Made by a program: the position numbers and the translations under genes
Source of the DNA: Candidatus Helarchaeota archaeon
Lineage (GTDB): Archaea; Asgardarchaeota; Lokiarchaeia; Helarchaeales; RDOG01
Assembly (NCBI GenBank): GCA_019058315.1
Contig: JAHPZH010000003.1
Span: forward strand, 428,451 to 492,450
Direction of reading: 5' to 3'
DNA length: 64,000 nucleotides
Part shown: positions 31,253-42,524 of the stretch, piece after piece
Numbering within the stretch: the first letter of the stretch is position 1
Layout of the letters: each line of letters begins with the position of its first letter
The notes under the pieces: model-generated
Database searches by the model: none
Told to the model about the DNA's origin: nothing
The model's input: only the letters and a program-made list of their open reading frames with translations

Positions 31253-32080
31253 TTATACTATTCGATCACCTGCTTTTGGAGGCATCGAACAATAAATTTC
31301 TTCGATATCAAGAATTCCAATTGGAATTCCTTCGTATTCTTGAATTTCTTGAAATGTACCTCTTACCAGATACATCATAATTTCTAAACTCATCCCATAG
31401 CATGCCATAAAAGTTCCAGGCTTAATTCTTAAAAATTCTTCCTTAAGAATTGATGGAGTAAAAACTAGGCGATTTTGATTTACAGGTAAAAGTTCCATCG
31501 TCGGAATCATCATGGGATAACCATCTTCATCTATGAAAGAGATAAATTTTATATTGGATTTGGCCTTAAACACTTTCTCAACCATGGTTGGCATTAAATT
31601 TGGTTTATCTCTATCAGCTTTTCCCTCTTTTACGAAATTTTTAATGATTTTAGCAATTTTTCTATCAGTTTTTACTGGAGTATTTGGTGCAATGACTTTT
31701 TTCACATCTATAAAACCAACACGTGCGATCCCTGTATATGCGTTATTTTTAAAAAGCGGCTTTAGGTTGAAATACTCGTAATCTTTGCCTTCATATTCCC
31801 AATGAGTAAAATCACCTTTTACAACCCAGTTATTATTTTCAAGAGTCAAAAAATCTACACTGCATTTGATATTTTGTTCTAAATATTTTTTAGATCTCCC
31901 ATAGATAAATTCAGCAAACATTAATGTTTTATTATCTTTAGCTTCAAAAGAATTTATAAAAACTAGATTAGGTTTTTGATTTTCGTCTATCGTAGCTAGA
32001 ATTTTAATCATCATATCAGGTAAAAATTGAGGAATATCCTCGTCTGCTAAATGATCTGTAATATTGATTGCTGTTGTCAT
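31253..32080 (-). CDS. Tandem pyridoxamine-5'-phosphate-oxidase-like (split-barrel) protein
   Basis: Two repeats: LATIDENQKPN and ISFIDEDGYP. Confidence 0.6.
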   Translation of the reverse strand: MTTAINITDHLADEDIPQFLPDMMIKILATIDENQKPNLVFINSFEAKDNKTLMFAEFIYGRSKKYLEQNIKCSVDFLTLENNNWVVKGDFTHWEYEGKDYEYFNLKPLFKNNAYTGIARVGFIDVKKVIAPNTPVKTDRKIAKIIKNFVKEGKADRDKPNLMPTMVEKVFKAKSNIKFISFIDEDGYPMMIPTMELLPVNQNRLVFTPSILKEEFLRIKPGTFMACYGMSLEIMMYLVRGTFQEIQEYEGIPIGILDIEEIYCSMPPKAGDRIV

Positions 32081-32089
32081 ATATTCACC

Positions 32090-34486
32090 TTAAACTTCAT
32101 GAGATATTCGGGAGATAATCTCATCTTGTAGGAGAGATCCAACAGTAACAAAATATGCATTGTATCCCGTAACCCGAACTAATAGATTTCTATAATCTTG
32201 AGGGTGTTTTTTTGCTTCTCTCAATGTATCGGCATCAATCATATTTACTTGAAGGCAAGTTCCGCCAATATCGATATAAGTTCTCAAAAGAGCTTTGAAT
32301 TTTTCCACATCTGCCTTGTTTCTTAACATCATTGGATTGAAACTCATAGTATGAGAACTACCATTAGGTACGGTATCCAGACCAATTTTTCCAACACTTT
32401 TAATTACGCTTGTGGGACCACACATATCACAACCAGAGCTTGGACAAACACCATTTGATAGATATGTACCCATTTTACGACCATCAGGAGTTGCGGTTTG
32501 TGTTGCACCATACATTATCCAATAGTTCCAACTTAGATAACCAGCTCGATATTGTTTGTTTGTGGGAGTTTTATATTCGAGAACTTTGTGAGTCCAAAAA
32601 TCATTAACTTCATGTGCTAAAGAATCCGCATAATCATCATCATTACCATATTTTGGAGCTTTATTCCTTAATAATAATCTTAGAGGTTCTTTTCCTTCAT
32701 AATTAACCTTTATTGCTTCTATAATTTCTTCAAGAGAGACTTTTTTGTCTTCATAAACTAATTTTTTTACTGCAAGCAAGGAATCTATAGCAGTCCCCAA
32801 AGCTACTCCTTCAACAGTAATAAAATTATACCTGGCTCCTCCCTGAGTTATATCAAGACCTTTTTTTGCACAATCATCAACAAGTACTGAAAGATATGGT
32901 GTAGGTTCATAAGTTGCCCTAATTTCATCACCTAAATTATAAATGTCTATAATTTTTTCAATTGTGAACGTTAATTGTTTGATGTATGTATCATAAAATT
33001 GTTGCCAATTTTCAAACTTAAGCGGATCTCCGGTCTCTGGAGCATATTGATTTTGAGCTTGAAAATCCATGCCATTAAATAGCACAAATTCAATAGCCTT
33101 GGAAAGATTTAAGTTAACATCAACCGTTCCACTTCGATCACAACCTTGAAGTGTGTTTTCAAGACAACCTACAGGTGCATAATCCCATAGTTCATCTTCT
33201 GGAAGACCTGCAAATTTTAATGCTTTTATAGATATTTCATCAAAATTTAAAAGGAATGGAGCTCCTTGTGCTCTAATAAGCATTTCAACAGTACGATCTA
33301 GTAATTTTTCTGGAGTATTTTTATGCAATCTTACATTTGGTTTTGGTTCCAACATGTTTAAATCTTCAATAACTTCAAGCATTAAGTACGTCAAATCATT
33401 GGACAAATCTTCACCATTCGGTCCCATTCCAGATAACGTAATTAGTTGTCCAAAACCAGAATTAATGCCTTGATTGTTTCCAACTCTACCTTGGTAGTCA
33501 TAGGCATAATTACATTTTATCCAGAAACATTCTAGGATTTCTTTTGCTTCTTCTTGACTTATATTCCCCTCGTCTAAATCTATCCTATAAAATGGATAAA
33601 GATATTGATCGATGCGTCCAAATGATAGACCTGGTCCGGGATAAGATTCATCAGCCATTACTAACATGTGAGTAAACCATAAACTTTGAACTGCCTCCCA
33701 GAATGTTTCGGCAGGCTCCCAAGGGACTTTTAAACAATTTTTTGAGATTTCTAATAATTCTTTTTTTCGCCTTTCATCTTTTTCTTTTTCAGCTAGCTCC
33801 TTTGCTACATTTGAATATCGTGCTGCAAATTTTTTTGGTGTATCACAACAAATAAGCATAGCCTTTAATTGAGCAATTTTAACAGTATTATTTGAATCAG
33901 TTTTAGACAATTCTTCTTCTATTTCCTTTTTAACTCCCTTAAATCCAATTTTCAGTATTTTGGGGTAATTAGGGATCAAATGTCCTGGAGTTGGACCACA
34001 ATTTCCTAGAGCCATCTCATTTATTTCTTTCAATTGGCGAATAAATTTTGACTCCATATCTTTGTGGACTTTACGTTCTTCTTCGTTTAAACATTTAGAA
34101 AGTGCGGCATTAAACTTTCCACCGATTATTAACTCACCTTCAAGAATGTCGACGGCTATTTCTTCGCTCATTACTTTATCGAAAAAAGTAGCTTTTCGTA
34201 CTACAAGCGGCATATCCCAAAAATCAGCTGGCAATTCAACTTTTTTGGCAGTCACTAGAAGGGCATTTTCATAAGCATTTCCTAAAAAGTATATTTCTGG
34301 AGCCACACTAAATTTAATAACAGACCAAACTTGATCCCATTCAGTCCCCGTAGTGTATCCCTCTGCTTCATTCTTAAATTCACGTTCGTAAAAATTAAAG
34401 TATTCAGCCCTCAGTCTCTTTATTCGTTCTGAGAGATTCTGAGGGCTCCAAATCCTTATCATTGACTCACTACTCTTTGATGTCAT
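32090..34486 (-). CDS. Glycyl radical enzyme (PFL superfamily), substrate unknown
   Basis: GRIDQYLYP, active-site loop VGCLE, KYGND, LVRVTGY. Confidence 0.92.
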   Translation of the reverse strand: MTSKSSESMIRIWSPQNLSERIKRLRAEYFNFYEREFKNEAEGYTTGTEWDQVWSVIKFSVAPEIYFLGNAYENALLVTAKKVELPADFWDMPLVVRKATFFDKVMSEEIAVDILEGELIIGGKFNAALSKCLNEEERKVHKDMESKFIRQLKEINEMALGNCGPTPGHLIPNYPKILKIGFKGVKKEIEEELSKTDSNNTVKIAQLKAMLICCDTPKKFAARYSNVAKELAEKEKDERRKKELLEISKNCLKVPWEPAETFWEAVQSLWFTHMLVMADESYPGPGLSFGRIDQYLYPFYRIDLDEGNISQEEAKEILECFWIKCNYAYDYQGRVGNNQGINSGFGQLITLSGMGPNGEDLSNDLTYLMLEVIEDLNMLEPKPNVRLHKNTPEKLLDRTVEMLIRAQGAPFLLNFDEISIKALKFAGLPEDELWDYAPVGCLENTLQGCDRSGTVDVNLNLSKAIEFVLFNGMDFQAQNQYAPETGDPLKFENWQQFYDTYIKQLTFTIEKIIDIYNLGDEIRATYEPTPYLSVLVDDCAKKGLDITQGGARYNFITVEGVALGTAIDSLLAVKKLVYEDKKVSLEEIIEAIKVNYEGKEPLRLLLRNKAPKYGNDDDYADSLAHEVNDFWTHKVLEYKTPTNKQYRAGYLSWNYWIMYGATQTATPDGRKMGTYLSNGVCPSSGCDMCGPTSVIKSVGKIGLDTVPNGSSHTMSFNPMMLRNKADVEKFKALLRTYIDIGGTCLQVNMIDADTLREAKKHPQDYRNLLVRVTGYNAYFVTVGSLLQDEIISRISHEV

Positions 34487-34730
34487 TTAAAATCCTCTAT
34501 GTTATACATACAAAGTAAAAATTTTGAATCCAATATTATTGTATAGGAAAATTAATTTTTTATACTTACGAATTTTATCTTTAAATTAATTTTTTAAAAT
34601 CTATCTTAATTTTCTCAAAATATATGTATCTTAAGAAATAAAAAAAGAATATTTAATTTATTTTTCATTTGCAGATTAGATTAAGACGATACTTAATTCT
34701 TCATCGTCATTAAAAAAAAAGGATAGAGAT

Positions 34731-36365
34731 TTATTTTTTGGATTTCATTATTACTATAACAACGATCACCGCTGCAGCGATTCCGATTAATATTAATGGG
34801 ATTAATAATTGATCGAAAGGTCCTGGTTGTTGTAACATTAGAATCGGTAAGAAACTTAATTCTGGAGCTTTTTCTTGGGTTATGTTAGTATGTTTTGCGT
34901 AAATATCATAATTCCCATTTCTATAATCATACCATGTGATGATTGCTCCTCCTGAACCATCGCTGCAAATTTGAGGCGGGCCTTGATCTTCTCTTGCAGT
35001 GCAGATTGCCCTTCCATTAAGTGTCCATTGAACGCTTCCTGTTGAATTTACTTTTTGGGCATATATATCATAGTAATTTCTATTATCATACCATGTGATG
35101 ATTGCCCCTCCAGCATCATCGCTGCAAATTTGAGGATCCCTTTGTTCTTTACTTGCCGTGCAGATTGCAGTTCCATTTGCCATCCATTCCATACCTCCGC
35201 TTGTATTAACTTTCTGCGCATAAATATCAAAATCAGTAGTTGCATTATTTCTATAATCATCCCATGTGATGATTGCGCCTCCAGCACCGTCACTGCAAAT
35301 CTGAGGATTGTATTGTTGTTGGTTTTCCGTGCAGACTGCAGTTCCATTGCCTGTCCATTCCATACCTCCAGTTGTATTAACTCTTTGCGCGTAAATATCT
35401 CGGATCCCTATCACGTCATTTACCCACACGATTATTGCACCCCCCGTACCATCGCTACAAATCTGAGGACTATCTTGCCAAGTTAATTCCGTGCTAACTG
35501 CCACTCCGTTAGGTGCCCATTCTACGATTCCGCTGGAATTAATTTTCTGTGCGTAAATATCAACACTAGTTGTAGCATAAGTTCTCTCATCATGCCATGC
35601 GATAATTGCGCCCCCTACAGTATAATTTACAATTTGGAGCAACTGTTGAGCCATAGCTGCATTGCATATCAGCACACCATCGGTGGTCCATTCATCATCC
35701 CCACTAGAATTTACTCTCTGAGCGTAAATATCATAGTTATTTGAACCAGGTCTGGCATCCATCCATGTAATGATCGCACCTTCCGCACCGTCGCTACAAA
35801 TTTGAGAGTTTGATTGGGTATTTGCTGCCGAGCATATTGCAGTTCCATTAGGCGTCCATTCAACGCCTCCACTCGAATTGATTCTCTGTGCATAAATATC
35901 ATAATCTGAAGGAACCCTTCCATCTTCCCACGTGATAATTGCACCTCCCGCACCGTCGCTACAAATTTGGGGATATCTTTGAGTTCCACCAGCAGTACAG
36001 ACTGGCACTCCATTAGTTGTCCAATCTATTGTTCCATTGGAATTGATTTTCTGAGCATAAATATCTTCGTGAGTACTTGCGTAATTTCTTCTGTCTCTCC
36101 AAACAATAATTGCGCCTCCCGCACCGTCGCTACAAATTTGATGCAGATCTTGAGTATCAGTTGCTGTGCATATTGCATTTCCATTCTTGTTCCATGTAGA
36201 AGAAGAAATCATTGAATTTTCATATTTATTAATCCAGTATGTATTCGATATATTCGGAAGATAGTTCAATACCATTGTTGAAATGAAGAATGTCTGTATT
36301 ATGACAAAAAAAATTAACTTTTTATTTTTCATTTCTTTCATCTTTTTTAAAAATTGTTCAATCAT
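34731..36365 (-). CDS. Cell-surface repeat protein (probable 7-bladed beta-propeller) with signal peptide and C-terminal TM anchor
   Basis: Seven ~62-aa repeats W..NG..(I/V)C.A...Q..PQICSDGAGGAIITW.D.R...DIYAQ..NS.G. Confidence 0.85.
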   Translation of the reverse strand: MIEQFLKKMKEMKNKKLIFFVIIQTFFISTMVLNYLPNISNTYWINKYENSMISSSTWNKNGNAICTATDTQDLHQICSDGAGGAIIVWRDRRNYASTHEDIYAQKINSNGTIDWTTNGVPVCTAGGTQRYPQICSDGAGGAIITWEDGRVPSDYDIYAQRINSSGGVEWTPNGTAICSAANTQSNSQICSDGAEGAIITWMDARPGSNNYDIYAQRVNSSGDDEWTTDGVLICNAAMAQQLLQIVNYTVGGAIIAWHDERTYATTSVDIYAQKINSSGIVEWAPNGVAVSTELTWQDSPQICSDGTGGAIIVWVNDVIGIRDIYAQRVNTTGGMEWTGNGTAVCTENQQQYNPQICSDGAGGAIITWDDYRNNATTDFDIYAQKVNTSGGMEWMANGTAICTASKEQRDPQICSDDAGGAIITWYDNRNYYDIYAQKVNSTGSVQWTLNGRAICTAREDQGPPQICSDGSGGAIITWYDYRNGNYDIYAKHTNITQEKAPELSFLPILMLQQPGPFDQLLIPLILIGIAAAVIVVIVIMKSKK

Positions 36366-36460
36366 TTAATTTTCATCTAAAAAAAAAATTAGTATTAATT
36401 AATTATTATGATATTTAAAAATTGAGTAAAAAAAAAATGTGTTTAAAATTTTGAATGGTT

Positions 36461-38257
36461 TTATTTTTTCACTGTCATTTCTGGGGCAACTTCTTTTTTC
36501 TTTACTTCTCTTTTCCAAGAATTCGGGTTATAGGAAGCAGCACCAGCAAAGTCCATTAATGTGTTTTCCTTGGGATTAACACGCACATCTAATACAGCGG
36601 GAACACCAGAATCAAACGCTCGTTTTAGAGCTGGTTGAATATCATTTGGATCATTTATTAACTCTCCGTAACAATCGAAAGCTTCTGCATATTTATCATA
36701 TCGTGTGTTATCACTCAAAGATGATCCTAAACCAAAGTATTTTCTTCCATGTGCTAATTTTTGGACTCGTGCTACCATGCCCCAAAGTCTATCATTTGAA
36801 ATAACTACAACAAAGGGCAAATTGTGTCTTCGAGCTGTATCAATTTCTTTGCCATTGAATAAGAATGAACCATCACCAGTTAGTACTAGGACCTTCTTTT
36901 CTGGATGTGCATATTTAGTCGCAATAGCCATAGGTACACCACCACCGAGATGTTGCAGTCCCAGACCACCTGAAAAATATAAACATTTTGGAAAAAAAGC
37001 ATGCCCTTGTAGATACATCAAGCCCCAAATAGTTGTATCGCCTCCATCTAAAATGATAATACCATCATTTGGCATAAAATCACCTATTTCCTTGGCTAAT
37101 CGCTGGGGCTTAATTGGTATTTTTTCAGATGTCCCATCTTTAGCGATGCGAGCATAAAACTTTTCTCTTTCTGTTTCCACTCGTTTAACCCATGGGGTGA
37201 CAGCTTTTGGTTTATTATTTAACTTCTTTTTAGTAATATGGACTAATTGAGTTAGAACACCTTTTACATCTCCCACTATTGGAACATCAATACCCCGATT
37301 GCGTCCTATTTCTTCTGCTTTGATATCAACTTGGATGAGTTTAGCCTCATCAGAAAACATGGGAGTATAACCAAAATTCATCAATTCTGTAATTCTCGAC
37401 CCTAATATCAGAGCGACGTCAACTTCTTGCATTAATGCTTGTCCTGGACCTTCTAATAAAGTTGCCAAGCCGAAATATAGAGGATCATCTGAAGGAAAGG
37501 AACCTATCCCGAAACCCCAACATCCTACAGGAGTTTGTACTAAATGGGCAAATTCAATGAGTTCTTTAGAGGCATCGGAAATTCCTACACCAGTTCCGGC
37601 CATAATTAAAGGCCTTTCAGCATTTAGTAATAAATCCACAGCTTTTGATACTAGTTCACTATTTCCATACGGCCCATGGAACGCTCGAAGTTTTTGTACA
37701 GGTACAAATGCTTGTTGAACAATATTTAATTCGTCGTTACATTCTTTTACCATAACATCAACTGGAACAAGAAGTAAGGTGGGTCCTGGCTGACCCGTTG
37801 TAGCTATTCGGAATGCCATATTAACGTACTCGGGTAGACGAGCAGTTTCGTAACAATAACCAGTCCATTTTGTTACCGAACGAAATGCGGGAGCAACATC
37901 AATTTCGTTTGCAGCCCATTTATCAAAAGTCATCATGGGAGTTGTTGAACATATAGCTACCACTGGGATACTTGCATCTTTAGCTAGTGGAAGAGCAGGG
38001 AATAAATCCGTGATTCCCGGTCCTGATTGTACTGAACAGACTCCAACTTCGCCCGTTGCCATAAAATAGCCCATAGCAGCATGACCAGTGGCTTGTTCAT
38101 GCCTAAAATCAATTAAATCTATTCCCGTTTCTGTGCAAGATTTGTCCTGACAATAATTATAAATCATATCGTTATCGCCACAAAGTGTAAAAATGACTTT
38201 AACACCTTGATTGCTTAAAGCTCGTACTATCAATTGTGCTCCATTAACCTTTACCAT
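36461..38257 (-). CDS. Thiamine pyrophosphate-binding enzyme (acetolactate synthase-like)
   Basis: RHEQ, SGPG, GDGSF...ND TPP motif. Confidence 0.9.
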   Translation of the reverse strand: MVKVNGAQLIVRALSNQGVKVIFTLCGDNDMIYNYCQDKSCTETGIDLIDFRHEQATGHAAMGYFMATGEVGVCSVQSGPGITDLFPALPLAKDASIPVVAICSTTPMMTFDKWAANEIDVAPAFRSVTKWTGYCYETARLPEYVNMAFRIATTGQPGPTLLLVPVDVMVKECNDELNIVQQAFVPVQKLRAFHGPYGNSELVSKAVDLLLNAERPLIMAGTGVGISDASKELIEFAHLVQTPVGCWGFGIGSFPSDDPLYFGLATLLEGPGQALMQEVDVALILGSRITELMNFGYTPMFSDEAKLIQVDIKAEEIGRNRGIDVPIVGDVKGVLTQLVHITKKKLNNKPKAVTPWVKRVETEREKFYARIAKDGTSEKIPIKPQRLAKEIGDFMPNDGIIILDGGDTTIWGLMYLQGHAFFPKCLYFSGGLGLQHLGGGVPMAIATKYAHPEKKVLVLTGDGSFLFNGKEIDTARRHNLPFVVVISNDRLWGMVARVQKLAHGRKYFGLGSSLSDNTRYDKYAEAFDCYGELINDPNDIQPALKRAFDSGVPAVLDVRVNPKENTLMDFAGAASYNPNSWKREVKKKEVAPEMTVKK

Positions 38258-38453
38258 AAAATTCTCTCCAATATGTAATTTCTTGATATTATATTGTTTA
38301 TTTAATATTTTATTTATTACTGAAAATCAGCAAATACTAATTCTACTACAAATTATACTTTAAAAGAATTTAATGAGCTGTTTTCCTTATTAAAAAAATT
38401 TATGAATACCCAAAACAATATTAGATTTCAACAAAATTATGAGATGGAAATAG

Positions 38454-38951
38454 ATGAATATAAAAGATTTAGAAAAAGATGCTAAAACTGCAACTGATAC
38501 TCCAAAAGGTGCAATAAAATTTTTAGTAAATTGTCTATATGTATATCAACAAGGTAATGACAAAGCCCTTGGCTATATGGGCTATGTACTCGCAAAAAGT
38601 TTTTGTGAAGAGGATAATTCTTCTCCAAGCGGTTATAAACCAAATAAAAGATATACTGGTCTCATTAAGAGCTTAAAGGAACATAGAAAACGAAATTCAG
38701 TGTTATCTACTATGGGTGGTACATGGGAGCAAGATTACAAAGATATAGATCCCGACAATTATGAACTCCCCTTTACCAAAGAAACCATGGATGGGGAGGA
38801 GACAAGATTCTTTATCAATGCTGGTGGTCGAGATCTAGATTTTCCTGTAAATGTAAGGCAAAACAATAAAGGTCAATGGAAGATTATGGGTGGACTCTCG
38901 ACAATGTGCATGGATGTTAGACCTACTAAAACCGAAAAAGGAGATTTTTAA
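38454..38951 (+). CDS. DUF6935-like protein, copy 1
   Basis: STMGGTWE..Y, AGGRD..PV, N.KGQWK, S..C.DVR. Confidence 0.55.
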   Translation: MNIKDLEKDAKTATDTPKGAIKFLVNCLYVYQQGNDKALGYMGYVLAKSFCEEDNSSPSGYKPNKRYTGLIKSLKEHRKRNSVLSTMGGTWEQDYKDIDPDNYELPFTKETMDGEETRFFINAGGRDLDFPVNVRQNNKGQWKIMGGLSTMCMDVRPTKTEKGDF

Positions 38952-38952
38952 A

Positions 38953-39468
38953 ATGGATCATAAAGATTTAGAAAGAGATGCTGCGACAGCTAATGATACT
39001 CCACAAAATGCTTTAAAATATCTATTAAATTGCCTATATGTCTATCAAATGGGCGGTAAAAAAGGTAAAGGTGAAGACAAAGCCTTAGGATATATAGGTT
39101 TTGTTCTTTCTAAGGATAACCTAAAAGAAGATAAGAAATCCCCAAGCGGTTTGAAACCATTTGCTTCTTCATTAAACCTCATTAAAGGTTTAAGAGAACC
39201 TCAGAGATATTATTCTATATTATCTACTATGGGGGCAACCTGGGAAAATAATTACCAAGACATAGACCCTACCAATTACGAGCTACCTATCGTTGATATA
39301 AAAGAACAAGGCGATAAGGTTAAACTAGTCCTCAAAGCAGGTGGCCGTGATAATCCGTTTCCAATCACTTTAGCACAAAATAATCGAGGTCAATGGAAAA
39401 TAGTGGGTGGTTTTTCGACCTTATGTATGGATGTCCGACAACCAAAAGCAGCTGTAGGCGATTTTTAA
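38953..39468 (+). CDS. DUF6935-like protein, copy 2 (start ATG at 38953)
   Basis: Collinear paralog of the upstream gene from MDHKDLE to GDF. Confidence 0.55.
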   Translation: MDHKDLERDAATANDTPQNALKYLLNCLYVYQMGGKKGKGEDKALGYIGFVLSKDNLKEDKKSPSGLKPFASSLNLIKGLREPQRYYSILSTMGATWENNYQDIDPTNYELPIVDIKEQGDKVKLVLKAGGRDNPFPITLAQNNRGQWKIVGGFSTLCMDVRQPKAAVGDF

Positions 39469-39542
39469 TTCCATTTTTCTATTTTTTATTTTAAAAACTC
39501 TTGTATATCTTAATTTTTTTAATATTCTTTCATAAAAGTTTT

Positions 39543-40367
39543 TTATTTGTTATTCTTTTTCTCATTTATTTTATCTCTTAAAAATTTAAACCCAGGTGTA
39601 ATATCTTCATTTAGATGCATAGGAATTAGAGTTCTAATTGGATAATTCAAGTTCATAAAATGTCCCGTTTTAAATAGATTCTTTATTACATAAAATATTA
39701 GATCTGCTGGTATGCCAATTGCTAATTCATGTTCTGATATGCCAGCAAATGCACGGTCTCCAGCACCTGGAATAACTATCTGGGGTTTTTGTGTTACGAA
39801 TGGGATAAGACCTCCTTTAGCACAAGATTCGCCAAAACCTTCAAAAGATGAATTAGGAACATAATCTTCATTATATTCATAACTCAATGCATGTATAATG
39901 TGTGTGAGTTGGGCCCCGTCACAATATATAAGAATCGAGTCCGGAATGATAATTGTTTTCGGTAAGGGTGAGCAAATTAACCCACAATATTCTACAGGTT
40001 TAATTTTTTCCATAAATTTATAGTGAGTTTCGGCTCTTCTTATTTCTGCCTCAACATTTTTATGCCATCCCTGCTGTACCTGACTTTCAATAAAATCTTC
40101 TCTAGATATGTCTTCCCACTTGTGCATAGCTGTAGAAGGAACGCAGAAATTATCCTCTGATGTAATAGTTACATTCAAACCTATACGGCGGGCTAGAGTA
40201 AAAGCTTGGCATATCGACAATTTAATCCCCTGGGATTTTGGTCTCATTCCACTTTTTGGAATCTTATCTAAGCTTTTAATGTATTTTATTGCGATAGGAT
40301 ATGTGGAAAGATGTAATTTATCATATATTTTTTGACCAGCTTTTTTAAAATCATTCAAATCTTTCAT
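39543..40367 (-). CDS. DUF169-family protein
   Basis: L.L.TYPIAIK, ICQA...AR..G, NFC, PG.GDR. Confidence 0.8.
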   Translation of the reverse strand: MKDLNDFKKAGQKIYDKLHLSTYPIAIKYIKSLDKIPKSGMRPKSQGIKLSICQAFTLARRIGLNVTITSEDNFCVPSTAMHKWEDISREDFIESQVQQGWHKNVEAEIRRAETHYKFMEKIKPVEYCGLICSPLPKTIIIPDSILIYCDGAQLTHIIHALSYEYNEDYVPNSSFEGFGESCAKGGLIPFVTQKPQIVIPGAGDRAFAGISEHELAIGIPADLIFYVIKNLFKTGHFMNLNYPIRTLIPMHLNEDITPGFKFLRDKINEKKNNK

Positions 40368-40481
40368 AATAATCGTCCTTTTATGATTTTTAGATAAATA
40401 TTTTATATCAATTTAAATCTTCTATGAAAACGGTGATATTATGGATAAAAAATATTTTGCAGTATGTTATTTAACGAATTG

Positions 40482-42257
40482 TTAGCAAATTTTGAATTTT
40501 GGAATTAAAATAATGAACTTACTTCCCTTTGAGTGATCACCTTTCACTTTATCTTCGACCCAGATTTTTCCACCATACACAGAAATTATCTTACTTACGA
40601 GTGATAAACCAGAACCTAGTCCACTTGCCATTCTATTATTTTGGTTAAATCTTTGAAAAATATCGTTTTTCCTTGCATCAGATATTCCCTTCCCGTTGTC
40701 AATAAATTCTAATTTAAAATACTCTAATCCATTCGAATTTTCACTTTCTATTCTAATTAAAATTTCAATTTCAGTATTATCATTATGTCTTATAGCATTA
40801 CTTAAAAGATTATCAAAAACATCAATCAGAAACTCATTTGCATATATTAAATGGTTCTCTTCGGCTGATTTAATATAAATATTAATATTTCTATCTAAAA
40901 AATTTTTGTGAATAAAATCTATTGCTTTTTCTAATATTTTGTATAAATCTACAAGCTCGAGACTTTGTTCTGATTCCTCAAGCTTAGAGAATTTATTCAC
41001 ATTTTCTATCAATCTATCAATCTTTTCAATTTGCTCCATAATTCTTGTAAAACCTTCTCTCAAGTGTTCTTTATTATCTAAATTATCTATTCCATAGCTT
41101 GTGCTCAGACTTAATACTTGAAGAATATTTTTGATATCGTGAGATAATAAGTCTTTATAAAATTCAGAACGGTTAAATGCAATACGATATTTTTTCTCAG
41201 AGTTTTTTAATTTAATTTCTCCTAATTTCCAATCAATTATGATTTTTAGACGATCTCCAATTTCTTTTAATAAAAATTTTTCTTCTTTTAAAAAAGGTCG
41301 ATTTTCAATATAAAATACTTCAATTTTCATAATTTGGTCATTTACAATAACGTCATATGATAGTTTGTAAGGAGTTTCTTCACAATTTTCTGTTTTATAT
41401 TCCTTTGCATCATAAATGATCCTTGAACACGAAATTTTAGGAAATTTAAATGCAGGTGGAATAAGTTGAATTGTTCCTTCTATTATTTCTTCAATTGAAA
41501 TATTTGGATATTCCAGAAGTTTAGAAATCCCATAAAGACAATTGAGTTCATTAATTTTTTCGTAAAGTGAATTTTCATGTTCAATTATTTTTAATTCTGC
41601 TTGTTTTCTATCTTTTAAATGCCTTATCCATCTATTCATTTTTAGCTTTTCAGGATTTTCACTTAAAAACTCGTCTGGAGGAGTAAAGTAGAAATTTTGA
41701 AAAAATTCGGTTCCCATTATCATAATCGGATGAGTTTCTATAACTTTCAAGATCAAATCAGGTGAAAATTCTCTCATATCATATTGGCAAATTGCGAGAC
41801 ACTTGCTATTTGGGAAAAATTTGTTTAATTTTGACTCATATTCAATCAATCTATCTGATCCGGGTAATTCTTTAAGAGCCCAAGTCATTTCACCAGTAAC
41901 TCTAAGCCCAGCATACCCTTCTTTTAAAGCAATTTCTGTTTCAGCTTTTAATAATTCAATCATTTTATCTGGGTCAAAATAACCTTCTTTTAAATATGTA
42001 TCTTTAGCAGATAAAATTATGAATTGACCTCTTTCTAGATATAAATCCACATCGATACTAATTTTTTTTAAATAATTAATTACAACTTGACTGCTATGAA
42101 CATCAACAATATATATTATCTTATCGTTTCTTGTCAATCCTTGAGATAAGAAAAGTGTAAGTAGAGCACGATGTTCATTCTCAGTGTTATAAAGACAACA
42201 TAAATGATCTCCATAATTTAAGCTATCGACTTCGTATAAAGTATAGGGATTATCCAT
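40482..42257 (-). CDS. Cytoplasmic sensor histidine kinase with MEDS domain
   Basis: GDHLCCLY, LRVTGEM.WAL, ICQYD (MEDS); SHDIKN, NLLSNAI, DNGKGI, GLGSGL. Confidence 0.92.
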   Translation of the reverse strand: MDNPYTLYEVDSLNYGDHLCCLYNTENEHRALLTLFLSQGLTRNDKIIYIVDVHSSQVVINYLKKISIDVDLYLERGQFIILSAKDTYLKEGYFDPDKMIELLKAETEIALKEGYAGLRVTGEMTWALKELPGSDRLIEYESKLNKFFPNSKCLAICQYDMREFSPDLILKVIETHPIMIMGTEFFQNFYFTPPDEFLSENPEKLKMNRWIRHLKDRKQAELKIIEHENSLYEKINELNCLYGISKLLEYPNISIEEIIEGTIQLIPPAFKFPKISCSRIIYDAKEYKTENCEETPYKLSYDVIVNDQIMKIEVFYIENRPFLKEEKFLLKEIGDRLKIIIDWKLGEIKLKNSEKKYRIAFNRSEFYKDLLSHDIKNILQVLSLSTSYGIDNLDNKEHLREGFTRIMEQIEKIDRLIENVNKFSKLEESEQSLELVDLYKILEKAIDFIHKNFLDRNINIYIKSAEENHLIYANEFLIDVFDNLLSNAIRHNDNTEIEILIRIESENSNGLEYFKLEFIDNGKGISDARKNDIFQRFNQNNRMASGLGSGLSLVSKIISVYGGKIWVEDKVKGDHSKGSKFIILIPKFKIC

Positions 42258-42524
42258 TTTAAAACACTTAATAATATAAGTAAATAATTTAACCGAAAAT
42301 TAATATTTAAGGAAAATTACAAATCTTTATGATTATATTTCAATAGTAAATTCTATTTTACTTGGAAGAAATAAAAAAAAGGATATGAAATTGTTATTTA
42401 TAGAATATATTTTTCAGAGTTCTAAACATTTTATTTATTTATGTCGAAAAGGTTTTTATCTTAAAAAATACTAAATAGAACTACTTCTCATATATTAAAA
42501 ATTAAATATATAGGAGAAAATAAA

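Noticed and set aside
34900-36200. Regularly spaced DNA repeats (e.g. gcaccgtcgctacaaat) resembling an array
   Set aside because: The period is about 186 nt and in frame with a protein repeat; there are no unique spacers and no cas genes, so this is not CRISPR.
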